A DNA stretch of 64,000 bases, taken from assembly GCA_965223545.1 (NCBI GenBank), contig OZ245006.1, forward strand, positions 3,104,001 to 3,168,000, given 5' to 3'. Below, piece after piece: positions 1-8,994 of the stretch (the stretch's first letter is position 1; the number at the start of each line of letters is the position of its first letter). The position numbers were made by a program, and so were the translations under genes. Under the pieces are notes generated by a model. It had not been told where the DNA came from, made no database searches, and saw nothing but the letters and a program-made list of their open reading frames with translations. This DNA is from Planctomycetota bacterium. GTDB taxonomy: Bacteria; Planctomycetota; UBA1135; UBA2386.

Positions 1-52
1 GTGTTTCGCTCCAACCGCCGTCCCGTTGCCAAGTTGTTTGTGAGGTCTTCAT
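1..52 (-). CDS. 5' fragment of a gene running off the window edge, possibly a FIST-domain protein
   Basis: ATG at 52 overlaps the stop of the upstream gene (ATGA coupling). It translates MKTSQTTWQRDGGWSET, resembling the W-x(4)-GW N-terminus of FIST proteins. Only 17 codons are visible. Confidence 0.5.
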   Translation of the reverse strand, partial: MKTSQTTWQRDGGWSET

Positions 53-1134
53 GCGGGCACTCCTCGCTTCTCGCTCTCCACTTCCTCTATCACACCGATC
101 GGCACCTCGACCGAGAAGGTCGTGCCGGTTCCCGTTTCACTCGTGACCGCGATCGCTCCGCCGTGCGCCGCCACGATGTAGCGGCTGATCGCGAGGCTGA
201 GCCCGTGTCCGCCGCCGTGCAGATTGACCTCCCGGCAGGCGAAGGGATCGAACACGCGCGGCTGGAACTCCGCCGGGATGCCGTCGCCATTGTCGTGCAC
301 GGTGAGCCGCAGCGTGTTGTCGTCCCCACTCAACTCGACGCGCACGTCTTGCCCGGCGCGGCTCGCGTTGTCGAGCAGCGCGGCGACGACGAACCGCAGG
401 TGGCGGCCATCGACCATCGCGGTGACCGGCTGCAGCTCGGTGGTGAAGTTCACCTTGGCGGACTTGCTCTTGCACTTGTCGACCGCCTCGGTCACGAGCG
501 CCGCCATGTCCTCGCGCTCGCGCTTGACTCCGCTCACCCCCGCCTGGAACGCGCACAGCATGGTGACCTTCTGCACGAAGCGATCGAGTCGGTCGACGCT
601 GGCCAGCGCCATCTCGACCAGCATGTCGCGCTCCGAGTCGTCCATGCGCTTCTGCTGCATGAGTTCGAGCGGCACGCGAATGGTCGTCATCGGCGTGTTG
701 AGCTCGTGGCTCAGCAGCGCGATCACATCCGACTTCATCGTCGCAATCTCTTCCGCCCGGCTGAGCTGGAGGTAGACCTTGACCTTCGCCACCAGCTCGT
801 CCTCGTCGAACGGCTTGGTGATGTAGTCGTCCGCGCCGGCCGCGTAGCCGGCGACGCGCTCGGCGGCCATCGCCTTAGCCGAGACCATGACGATCTTGGC
901 GCTCTTGGTCTCCGGCAAGTCCCGCAACCGGCGGCACGTCTCGTAGCCGTCGATGCCCGGCATCATGATGTCGAGCAGGATCAGCGCAGGCCGGAACGTC
1001 GGCGCGATCTTCAACGCCTCGTGACCCGAGGCCGCGGTCGCCAGCTCGTAGTGATCGCCCAATGCGATCTCGAGGATGGTCAGGTTGACCGGGTGGTCAT
1101 CCACCAACAGGATGCGGTCTCTGCTCTCTTTCAC
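49..1134 (-). CDS. Response regulator receiver - histidine kinase hybrid (REC-HisKA-HATPase)
   Basis: Receiver motifs ILLVDD, LLDIMMPGIDG and KPF; H-box SHELNTP; N-box LLDNA; DNGDG; TGTGTTF. GTG start at 1134 is preceded by GGGAG. Confidence 0.9.
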   Translation of the reverse strand: MKESRDRILLVDDHPVNLTILEIALGDHYELATAASGHEALKIAPTFRPALILLDIMMPGIDGYETCRRLRDLPETKSAKIVMVSAKAMAAERVAGYAAGADDYITKPFDEDELVAKVKVYLQLSRAEEIATMKSDVIALLSHELNTPMTTIRVPLELMQQKRMDDSERDMLVEMALASVDRLDRFVQKVTMLCAFQAGVSGVKREREDMAALVTEAVDKCKSKSAKVNFTTELQPVTAMVDGRHLRFVVAALLDNASRAGQDVRVELSGDDNTLRLTVHDNGDGIPAEFQPRVFDPFACREVNLHGGGHGLSLAISRYIVAAHGGAIAVTSETGTGTTFSVEVPIGVIEEVESEKRGVPA

Positions 1135-1190
1135 GGCTTTCTCCCGACGTGGCCGAACCTCGGGACCCTGTCCCGATGGCCGGAGGGTAG

Positions 1191-1217
1191 ATCGGGTACG
1201 GTCCCTAGGCGACTTGA
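1191..1217 (-). promoter_or_regulatory. Candidate sigma28-like promoter TCAAG-N17-CCGAT for the REC-HK gene
   Basis: The minus strand reads TCAAG TCGCCTAGGGACCGTAC CCGATC, upstream of the 1134 start. Confidence 0.35.
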
Positions 1218-1262
1218 CGTCGGAGCTGTCGATTTCCGCGTCGGCGCGTGGCGCGGCGGCAC

Positions 1263-1288
1263 TCAAGACCCCGGGGCGAAGAACCGAC
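1263..1288 (+). promoter_or_regulatory. Candidate sigma28-like promoter TCAAG-N16-CCGAC for the FIST-HK operon
   Basis: CTCAAG ACCCCGGGGCGAAGAA CCGACAA ends about 35 nt before ATG 1326. Confidence 0.35.
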
Positions 1289-1325
1289 AACACGATCGGG
1301 GGAGCCACTTACGGCTAGATCGCCG

Positions 1326-2522
1326 ATGAGCAGGATTGGAATCGCGCTGGCGTCCGGCAGTGACGCCGCTTCAACGACCGCCGACGCCACGCAGCGTGCG
1401 GCCAAAGACCTCGGCTGCGCGCCGGAGCTGGCGCTGGTCTTCTCGACGGACGGCTACCCCGCCGACGCCGTGCTGAGCACGCTGCGTGACCTGCTTGGCG
1501 ACGTTCCGGTCGCCGGCTGTCAGGCCCCCGGCGTGCTGTGCGGCGACGCCGTGACGCACGACGGCATCGGCGTCTTGGTCGCGGGCGGCGGCCAGCTGAC
1601 GATGCACTCCGCCGCTGCGGAAGGCGCCAACGTGGACTCGGCGGCGGCGGGAGCTCGATCGGCCGAGGCCGCCTTGGACGCCCTCGACGAAAGCCACCAA
1701 TCGCCCGAGTTCGAAACCTCGGTGCTGCTGGCGTTTCCGGACGCGATCGCCGGCAACCCGTGCGCCGCGCTTCGCGGCCTCAACTCATCGGTCGGTGGCA
1801 CGGTGCGCGTCGTCGGCGGCGGGGCAGGCGACAACCTGCGTTTCGAGAGCACCTACCAGTACGCGGATCGCGCGCACACCGGGGCCGTGGTCAGCGCTGC
1901 CCTGTCGGCATCCCGCCCGATCGGCACGGCCCTGCGGCACGGCTGTTCCGCGTGGGGCCCCCCGATGAAGGTGACCCGGTGCGATGGGAAGCTCCTGCAA
2001 GAGCTGGAGTGGGAGCCCGCCTACGAGCACTACGTGCGCGTCGTCGAGCAGGTTTCGGGCGAAGTCGTCGCCGCAGACACCTTCCAGAGCTACGCGCTCT
2101 TGCACCCACTCGGCTTGCCCCAAGAAGACGGCAACTTCGTGCTCCGTTCACCGTTCTCCCCCGGTGCCAGTGGAGAGATTCACTGCTGCTCCGACATCCC
2201 CTCCGACGGCGTCGCGCGCATCATGGTCGGGGACGAGGATTCGCTGCTGACCGCGGCTCACGATGCGGGCGCCGCGGCGGTCGCCGCCGTCGACGGTGCA
2301 CCCGCCGCAGCTCTGGTCTTTGCCTGCGTGTCCCGCGACCTCGTGCTGGGCGGAGCGGCCCAGGACGTCAGCCGAGAGCTCGCCGCAGTGCGCCGCGCCG
2401 TGGGTAGGGAGACACCGGTGTTCGGCTGCTTGACCTTTGGCCAAATCGGCACGCTCGGCGGGGGCTTGCCCCAGTTTCACTCCAAGTCGATCCAGGTGGT
2501 CGCGCTGCCGTCGGCAGCCTGA
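1326..2522 (+). CDS. FIST (FIST_N/FIST_C, NosP-like) sensor protein
   Basis: VGGGAGDNLRF, HGCSAWGPPMKVT, LHPLG, ACVSR and GCLTFGQIG..FH motifs match FIST proteins. It lies directly upstream of a hybrid kinase. Confidence 0.88.
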   Translation: MSRIGIALASGSDAASTTADATQRAAKDLGCAPELALVFSTDGYPADAVLSTLRDLLGDVPVAGCQAPGVLCGDAVTHDGIGVLVAGGGQLTMHSAAAEGANVDSAAAGARSAEAALDALDESHQSPEFETSVLLAFPDAIAGNPCAALRGLNSSVGGTVRVVGGGAGDNLRFESTYQYADRAHTGAVVSAALSASRPIGTALRHGCSAWGPPMKVTRCDGKLLQELEWEPAYEHYVRVVEQVSGEVVAADTFQSYALLHPLGLPQEDGNFVLRSPFSPGASGEIHCCSDIPSDGVARIMVGDEDSLLTAAHDAGAAAVAAVDGAPAAALVFACVSRDLVLGGAAQDVSRELAAVRRAVGRETPVFGCLTFGQIGTLGGGLPQFHSKSIQVVALPSAA

Positions 2523-2539
2523 GCCACCACGCGTGTTCG

Positions 2540-4630
2540 ATGGCAGAGCCCGGCGCGCGCGACTCCGATCCGGCCGAGCGCTCGTTCGCCGAGCTCTCGG
2601 TGCTGTACGAGCTGACGGCCACGCTGGCCGACTCGCTCGACGGCAGCAGCGGCCTCGACGACTTTGCCGAGAAGTTGTCGCGCGTGCTGTGCGCCGAGAT
2701 CGTCGCGGTATTCACCGGCCCGGATCCGCGCGAGCTGTCGATCCGCGCCGCTGTCGGAGTACGGCGCAAGCACTACGAAATGCGCATTCCGCTCGACCTC
2801 CTCACTGAACTGCGCCAGTCGGGACCGGAGTGCCGGATCAGCTTTCCCGAGTCCGAGACGACCGATGAGGTCGAGACGGCAACGGCCGCCCGCGCGCAAT
2901 TGTGGCGGTTCAATCCGCGGATTGCTTGCGGTGCGGCGTTCCTGCTGCACACCGGCCGCGGCACTCTGGGCGTGCTCCTGGTCGGCAAAGTCGACGCGAC
3001 ACCATTCGCCCGTGGCACGCTCGGCATGATCGCCACGATGGCGCGCCGGGTCTCCGTGGTCCTGCACCACGCCCGCACCCGCGGTGAGCTCGAAGCGAAC
3101 GAGCAGAAGTACCGGACGCTGATGATGAGCGCCTCGGATGCGATCCTGGTCTACGACCCCGAGCGGGACGAGCTCGTCGACTACAATGCCGCCGCCGCGC
3201 GGCTGATCGGGATCGAGACGGATGTCGACCTGTTCGCCAGCGGCGCGCCGCTGTTGATGACGCACTTGCGGGCGCTCGGCGAGCTGCAGCGCGATGGTCA
3301 ACGAACCAACGCGTCGAGCCTGCCGATGGAGTGGCCGATCACCGGCCCGACCGGCACGCTGTTTCTCGACGCCGCCGCGTGCCCGGTCACGGTCGCCGGA
3401 CGCACCATGCTGCTGGTGACGGCGCGAGACGTCACGCGCCGGCGCCGAATGGAGAACGCGATGATCGAGGCCCGGGAGCGCGCCGAGGCAGCGACGCGGG
3501 CGAAGTCGGCGTTCTTGGCCAACATGAGCCACGAGATTCGGACACCGCTCGCCGGCATCATCGGCCTCGCGAGCATCCTGCAAGAGAGTGATCTGGAGAG
3601 CTCCGAGCAGCAAATGGTCGCCACCCTGGCGAACTCGGCCGAGGCTCTGTTGCGCATCCTGAACGACGTGCTCGACATGTCGAAGATCGAAGCCGGTCAG
3701 ATCGAGATCGAGCACACCGACTTCGACCTGCACGCGACCGTCGCCGACGTCCGCGACCTACTGGCGCAAATGGCAGCGGAGAAGGCGATCGACATCCGCT
3801 GCTCGATCGACGACGACGTGCCGCGGCACGTCAGCGGCGATCCACTGCGGCTGCGCCAGGTGTTGCTCAACCTCGGCTCCAACGCGGTCAAGTTCACCGC
3901 CGAGGGCGGTGTCCATATCGCCGTGCGGACGACCGCTCGGACGCGGCCCGACCGCACCGCGCTCCGGGTCGCGGTCGATGACACCGGTGTCGGCATCGCA
4001 CCCGAGGTCGCCCCCCAATTGTTCACTGCCTTCAGCCAGGCCGACTCCTCGACCGCCCGGCGCTTCGGCGGCACCGGGCTGGGGCTTGCCATCTGCAAAC
4101 AGCTCGTCCAACTGCAAGGTGGCCGCATCGGCTTCGAGCACTTGTCAGGAGGGACACGCTTCTGGTTCGAACTCGACTACGCGGTCGCGGACACACCGAG
4201 ACCGGTCCGGGCGCCGACCGAGGCCGTACCGGTCCCGGAGAGCGACATCCTGATCGTCGACGACAACGACATCAACCTCCGCGTCGCGGCCACGATCCTG
4301 ACCAAGCAAGGCCATCGAGTGGTGACTGCATGCTCGGCGGTCGAGGCCTTCTGCCAGCTCGAAAGCCGCCACTTCGACCTGATCTTCATGGACTGCCAGA
4401 TGCCGGGGATGGACGGCTACGAGGCAACGCGACAGATCCGCGAGGGGGTCGGCGATCACGCCTCGACACCGATCATCGCCCTCACCGCGAACGCGCTGAG
4501 CGGCGATCGCGAACGCTGCCTGGAAGCCGGCATGGACGATTTCTTGGCCAAGCCAGCGCGCGCCGCGGACTTCTTCGCGGCAACGCAGCGGTGGCTGACG
4601 ACGATGAAGGCGAGCGCGCGCCAGCGCTGA
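2540..4630 (+). CDS. Hybrid sensor histidine kinase (GAF-like, PAS, HisKA, HATPase, REC)
   Basis: AKSAFLANMSHEIRTP, GDPLRLRQVLLNLGSNAVKFT, DTGVGI, GGTGLGL, and receiver ILIVDD/MDCQMP/KP. Confidence 0.95.
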   Translation: MAEPGARDSDPAERSFAELSVLYELTATLADSLDGSSGLDDFAEKLSRVLCAEIVAVFTGPDPRELSIRAAVGVRRKHYEMRIPLDLLTELRQSGPECRISFPESETTDEVETATAARAQLWRFNPRIACGAAFLLHTGRGTLGVLLVGKVDATPFARGTLGMIATMARRVSVVLHHARTRGELEANEQKYRTLMMSASDAILVYDPERDELVDYNAAAARLIGIETDVDLFASGAPLLMTHLRALGELQRDGQRTNASSLPMEWPITGPTGTLFLDAAACPVTVAGRTMLLVTARDVTRRRRMENAMIEARERAEAATRAKSAFLANMSHEIRTPLAGIIGLASILQESDLESSEQQMVATLANSAEALLRILNDVLDMSKIEAGQIEIEHTDFDLHATVADVRDLLAQMAAEKAIDIRCSIDDDVPRHVSGDPLRLRQVLLNLGSNAVKFTAEGGVHIAVRTTARTRPDRTALRVAVDDTGVGIAPEVAPQLFTAFSQADSSTARRFGGTGLGLAICKQLVQLQGGRIGFEHLSGGTRFWFELDYAVADTPRPVRAPTEAVPVPESDILIVDDNDINLRVAATILTKQGHRVVTACSAVEAFCQLESRHFDLIFMDCQMPGMDGYEATRQIREGVGDHASTPIIALTANALSGDRERCLEAGMDDFLAKPARAADFFAATQRWLTTMKASARQR

Positions 4631-4739
4631 GCGACCGGGTCCGACAAGAGTCGAGCGGCGACGGCGCTCTCGAGACGGCGCTGCCTTCGCGGTTGATTCC
4701 GGCCAAGCCTGCTCAGCGACTCCCCGGACCGCGCACCGC

Positions 4740-5387
4740 CTACTTCGGCAGGCCGAGCTTGTCGAGCTTGGGCGCGATCACTGCGCGGCAGTAGCCCTGG
4801 CTCCGGTTGGCGAAGTAGTAGTCCTGGTGATAGGGCTCCGCCTCATAGAAGGTCGAGGCGGCGGTGATCTCGGTGACGATCGGCGCCGCGAAGTTCGCCT
4901 GGGCGGCGCGCATCGACACGCGCGCCGCTTCGGCCTGCTCGGGCGAGTGGTAGAACACGGCGGATCGATACTGGGTGCCGACGTCCGCTCCCTGCCGGTT
5001 CAGGGTCGTCGGATCGTGCAGCTGCCAGAACCACTCCATGACTGCGGCGAAGCTGATAACGCTCGGGTCGAAGACGACCTGCACGACCTCGGCGTGGCCG
5101 GTCTGCCCGGTGCAGACTTGCTCGTAGGTCGGATCCGGGATCTCGCCTCCCATGTACCCCGAGCGCACCTCGCGCACGCCTTCGACCTGCTGCAACACGG
5201 CTTCTACACACCAGAAGCAGCCCGCGCCGAGCGTCACCACTTCGGTGCCGCTCTGTGGCGGCGTTGTCGATGTTTCCTGCACACTGCCCTCGCTTCCACT
5301 TCCAGAGGAGCCGACCGCGAGATCGATCGCCGAGTTTGAGCACGCCGTCGCCAACAACAGAATCAAGACCGGAATCGACCGGGCCAC
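4740..5387 (-). CDS. msrA: Peptide-methionine (S)-S-oxide reductase with predicted lipoprotein signal
   Basis: GCFWC, YEQVCTGQTGHAEVV, HDPTTLNRQG, QYRS and AEPYHQDY motifs; N-terminal LLLATA-C lipobox-like segment. Start is uncertain (GTG 5387 chosen to avoid overlap with the divergent gene). Confidence 0.93.
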   Translation of the reverse strand: MARSIPVLILLLATACSNSAIDLAVGSSGSGSEGSVQETSTTPPQSGTEVVTLGAGCFWCVEAVLQQVEGVREVRSGYMGGEIPDPTYEQVCTGQTGHAEVVQVVFDPSVISFAAVMEWFWQLHDPTTLNRQGADVGTQYRSAVFYHSPEQAEAARVSMRAAQANFAAPIVTEITAASTFYEAEPYHQDYYFANRSQGYCRAVIAPKLDKLGLPK

Positions 5388-5436
5388 GGCCGTGGTCCAG
5401 CTCGCGATCCTCTGACACGTTAGGCTGTTGTCCATC

Positions 5437-6354
5437 ATGTTCACCACCGCAACTCTGCTCGGTTCGTTGGCGCTCGCGGCCTGTGCCGTCGCGCAGCCGA
5501 AGCTCGAACAACTCTACGAAGAGCATCGAGCCACGGTCCCGGGCAATCGACAAAGCGAACCCATTGTCCGGTCCTATCGGCTGATGCGACCGGAGACGGA
5601 ACCCGAGCAGAGCTATCCACTGGTGCTGTTCCTGCACGGCGCGGGCGAGCGAGGCAGCGACAATTCGCGCCAACTCCGACACCTACCGGCATGGCTCGCC
5701 AGCGAGCGAGCGCGCCGAGAGCACCCCTGCTACGTCTTGGCCCCACAGTGCGCCCCGGGCGAATGGTGGGTCGATGGGGACGCGCGGCGCGCGCTGCGAT
5801 CCGACGCGCCGGTCGACGCGAGCCCGTCCAATTCGCTCCGGGCCGCGCTGGCAGCACTGGAGGACGTGATGCGCCGCGAGCCGGTCGACCCGGACCGGGT
5901 CTACTTGACCGGCCTGTCGATGGGCGGGTTCGGCGCATGGGAGCTGGCGATGCGCGAGCCCGAGCGCTTCGCCGCGCTCCTGCCAATCTGCGGCGGAGGT
6001 GACGCCCGCCGCGCCGCCGCACTCAAGACGATGCCGATCTGGGCGTTCCACGGCGCCGAGGATCCCGTCGTCCCACTGCGCCTGTCCCGCCTCATGGTCG
6101 AGGCCGTGCGCAGAGCGGGCGGCTCCGCCAAGCTGACCGAGCTCGACGGCGTCGGCCACGACGCGTGGACCCACGCGTACCGCCGGAGCGGCGCACTGGC
6201 GTGGCTCTTCGAGCAACGCCGCACGGCTGCCGCCGCGGCACCCTCCGGCGACGCGGCTGCGGACCGCGCGCCGAAGAGGCAGGACCCGCCCGCTCACTCG
6301 TACCAGCGAACGGCCGCCAACCGACGCTCGGCAGCGGGGGCGTCGGGGTCGTAG
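5437..6354 (+). CDS. Secreted alpha/beta hydrolase (phospholipase/carboxylesterase or peptidase-like)
   Basis: PLVLFLHGAGERG, GLSMGG nucleophile elbow, FHGAEDPVV and GHDAW; signal peptide. Confidence 0.88.
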   Translation: MFTTATLLGSLALAACAVAQPKLEQLYEEHRATVPGNRQSEPIVRSYRLMRPETEPEQSYPLVLFLHGAGERGSDNSRQLRHLPAWLASERARREHPCYVLAPQCAPGEWWVDGDARRALRSDAPVDASPSNSLRAALAALEDVMRREPVDPDRVYLTGLSMGGFGAWELAMREPERFAALLPICGGGDARRAAALKTMPIWAFHGAEDPVVPLRLSRLMVEAVRRAGGSAKLTELDGVGHDAWTHAYRRSGALAWLFEQRRTAAAAAPSGDAAADRAPKRQDPPAHSYQRTAANRRSAAGASGS

Positions 6355-8882
6355 CCCCGGGTCTCGCCAAAGCGACGCTGCAGCGCCTCGATGGCCAACC
6401 TCCTGGTGCCCTCGTCCGCCGACATCAACAGGCCGGCGAGATCGTTCTTCGCGGTGTCTTCACCGAGTTGAAGCCGGGTCCGCGCGACCTGCATCAGCAA
6501 GCGGTCGATGACCAAACCCTGCGGCACGCGTCCCTGAGCGCGCAAGGTGAGCAGCCGGTCCTGGTAGCGACTCAGCGCGGGCAGGTTGGCCGCGTCACCG
6601 CAGCTCTCCAGCGCCCAGCACGCCCAGGCGGCCACCGCGACCACCGGGTCGCGCAAAGTCGAGGCGAGCACCGGCGCGGCGTTGCCGCTGCCGATGTTGC
6701 CCAGGCACTCGCAAATCCGCGCGCGCTTGAGGTCGAAGCCGGCAGGGAACTTCAGCCCCTGGATGAGCGCCGGGACCGCCGACTCGCCCATCGCCAGCAG
6801 CTCGTCGACCAACTCTTGGTCGTCGCCGCCGGGCACGGTGCCCGCGCCGCCGCCCAGCTTCGACACCAGGCTGAACGCGTGCGCATGCGTCCGCGCATCC
6901 GGCCGCGGCGGCCGGCGCAGCACGTCGGCTCCACCGCTCTCGGCCCACCGCGCCTGCAGCAGCGCCAACGCCGCCAACCGCTCGTCGCGCGGCATGAACG
7001 GGTCGTAGCCCTCGTGCATGGCCGTCACCGCGAAGAAGGCCTCGAACGCCGCTTCGCGCAGCAGGTCGTCGGTCAGGTCGAGCTGCTCGAGCAGCACCGG
7101 GATGCCGGCCGGCGAGCCCATCGCCGCGGCCGCCTCTGCCAGGTCGCGCCGTGTTTCCAACCACGGCGCGGCGCGCAAGGCCGCTTCGATCGCCGGCAAC
7201 GCCTCGCGGTCGTCGAACAGCGCCAGCGCGCGCGCCGCGGCGCGGACCACGTCGGGATCACCGTCCGCCAAGAGCGGTCGCACCGCCGCCGCGTGTTGTT
7301 TGCCGTACAACAAGCCGAGCGTCTCCGCCGCACCGGCCCGATCGAGCGGCTGCGCCGCATCGAGGTCGTCCGCCAGCGCCGCCAGCGCGGCTTCCTTGTG
7401 CTCGCCCCAGGCAAACCGCGCCGCCAACTCTCGCGCATGGACCCGCACGTAGAGCTGCTCGTGATCCATGGCGGCGAGCAACGCCGGCGCAGCAGGGGCG
7501 CCGATGCGCTGCAGCACGCTCTGCGCCTGCTTCCACGTCTTGTTGTCCCACGACCCCAGCGCTTCGATCAACGCCGGCACCGCGGCGGCGCCGATCTCCA
7601 CCAACCGCGCTTGCGCGCGCCGGTTGCCCTCCGGCACGGGGAACTGGAACATCTCGATCAGCTTGGCGATGGTCGCATCGTCCGCGCCCTCGGGAACATC
7701 GACGGCGACCGTGCCGATCGGCGGTCTCGCGTAGTCGACGAGGTGCGCCGGGCCCGCCGCCTCGGCGGCGATCCCCTCCGGAGTCTGCACTCTCACGTCG
7801 GGTGCAGAGACGACCTCCTTGTCGGACGGCGTCACGCCGGCGAACGCCAACCGCCGCACCTCGAGCCGCCGCGCCAGATCCGGATGGTGATCCTCGATCG
7901 GGTAGTAGAGCTTGAAGTGCAACTCGCAGTCCACCGTGCCGTCCGCGACGCGGATCGGCACCCGGTGCTCGCGGCTCTCGCCGGCGGGGATCTGCGTGTT
8001 GACCGGCAGCTTCATCCCGTAGGGACGCTTGTAGGGATCGCGAAACACCATGCGCGATCGCGAGACCTCGGCGCCACTCTCGTCGCGCACGACGATCAGG
8101 GACTCGACCGACCGCTGCTTGAGCTCGGTCGGAAAGTTGTGCCCCGTACCGGTGTTGGCGATCACGACGACCGCTTCGTTGCCCTCGATCCTGGCCTCGT
8201 AGTCGTACGCGCGCCGCAGCTGCTGTTCACTGCGCGCACCGGGGAAAGCATGGCTCCGCACCCGGCTCGGCGGCTGGCCGACCGCGACCGGCCGCTCGAC
8301 AACCTGCATGTGGCACGTCATGCACTTGCGACCGCGCGCCTTTCCGGTCGGCGCGATCTCCCACTGATACGGAGTGCCGTGGTTGCGGTGGCAAGACGCA
8401 CAGGCCTCCACCGTGCCGACCTGGTCGTGGAAGGCCGTTTTGCACTCCGCCCCACCCTGGAACTGCCCATAGTCGTAGTCGGGCTTCCAGTGGCACGTCA
8501 TGCACGTGTTGCCCTCCTCCAGGTTGTGATGCCGCCGCAACGGGTTCATGCCGATGCCCGTCTCGAAGATCGGGCGCGGCGTATGGCAGCGGATGCAATC
8601 ACCGTGATCGAACCGGCCCGTGGCCAGCCTGGCCTCCTCGTCGGTGAACGCGCGGCCGTGGGTATTCTGCGCGTGCTCGGCGTAGATCGCCGGGTGGCAC
8701 CCAGCGCAAAAGACGCTCTTCATCACCTCCGCCTCGTGCGCCTGCCGCTCGGCCGGGTCCTGCGCAACCGCCGCCGGGGCGGGCTGCGCCCCCACGAACG
8801 AACCGGATCGGTCGACCAGTAGAGTGCAGAGGAGAACCGGTAGGCCGGCGGCCGCCGGCACGAGAAGTCGCATTGGCTTCAT
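6294..8882 (-). CDS. Multiheme (5 x CxxCH) c-type cytochrome fused to HEAT/PBS-lyase repeats
   Basis: CAGCH, CIRCH, CMTCH, CASCH, CMTCH, then SHAFPG and GHNFPT (c554-like scaffold). The C-terminal half consists of repeats such as AVPALIEAL and DPDVVRAAARAL. Confidence 0.85.
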   Translation of the reverse strand: MKPMRLLVPAAAGLPVLLCTLLVDRSGSFVGAQPAPAAVAQDPAERQAHEAEVMKSVFCAGCHPAIYAEHAQNTHGRAFTDEEARLATGRFDHGDCIRCHTPRPIFETGIGMNPLRRHHNLEEGNTCMTCHWKPDYDYGQFQGGAECKTAFHDQVGTVEACASCHRNHGTPYQWEIAPTGKARGRKCMTCHMQVVERPVAVGQPPSRVRSHAFPGARSEQQLRRAYDYEARIEGNEAVVVIANTGTGHNFPTELKQRSVESLIVVRDESGAEVSRSRMVFRDPYKRPYGMKLPVNTQIPAGESREHRVPIRVADGTVDCELHFKLYYPIEDHHPDLARRLEVRRLAFAGVTPSDKEVVSAPDVRVQTPEGIAAEAAGPAHLVDYARPPIGTVAVDVPEGADDATIAKLIEMFQFPVPEGNRRAQARLVEIGAAAVPALIEALGSWDNKTWKQAQSVLQRIGAPAAPALLAAMDHEQLYVRVHARELAARFAWGEHKEAALAALADDLDAAQPLDRAGAAETLGLLYGKQHAAAVRPLLADGDPDVVRAAARALALFDDREALPAIEAALRAAPWLETRRDLAEAAAAMGSPAGIPVLLEQLDLTDDLLREAAFEAFFAVTAMHEGYDPFMPRDERLAALALLQARWAESGGADVLRRPPRPDARTHAHAFSLVSKLGGGAGTVPGGDDQELVDELLAMGESAVPALIQGLKFPAGFDLKRARICECLGNIGSGNAAPVLASTLRDPVVAVAAWACWALESCGDAANLPALSRYQDRLLTLRAQGRVPQGLVIDRLLMQVARTRLQLGEDTAKNDLAGLLMSADEGTRRLAIEALQRRFGETRGYDPDAPAAERRLAAVRWYE

Positions 8883-8994
8883 GAATCGCGGGATGAGCGG
8901 GCGCGGACCGCGGGGGAGGGGACCGGACACGATGAGTGTTAGCGCCGGAATCCGGGGTCGGCAACCCCGGAAACCCCGTTCGCCGCCGCGGCGC

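Noticed and set aside
4740..5387. MsrA as a second selenoprotein
   Set aside because: The active site is an ordinary GCFWC with no in-frame TGA.
6165..8822. 885-aa + strand ORF, and many similar long antisense or alternate-frame ORFs throughout the window
   Set aside because: These are Arg/Ala/Pro-rich shadows of real genes on the opposite strand, expected at very high GC, with no recognisable motifs.
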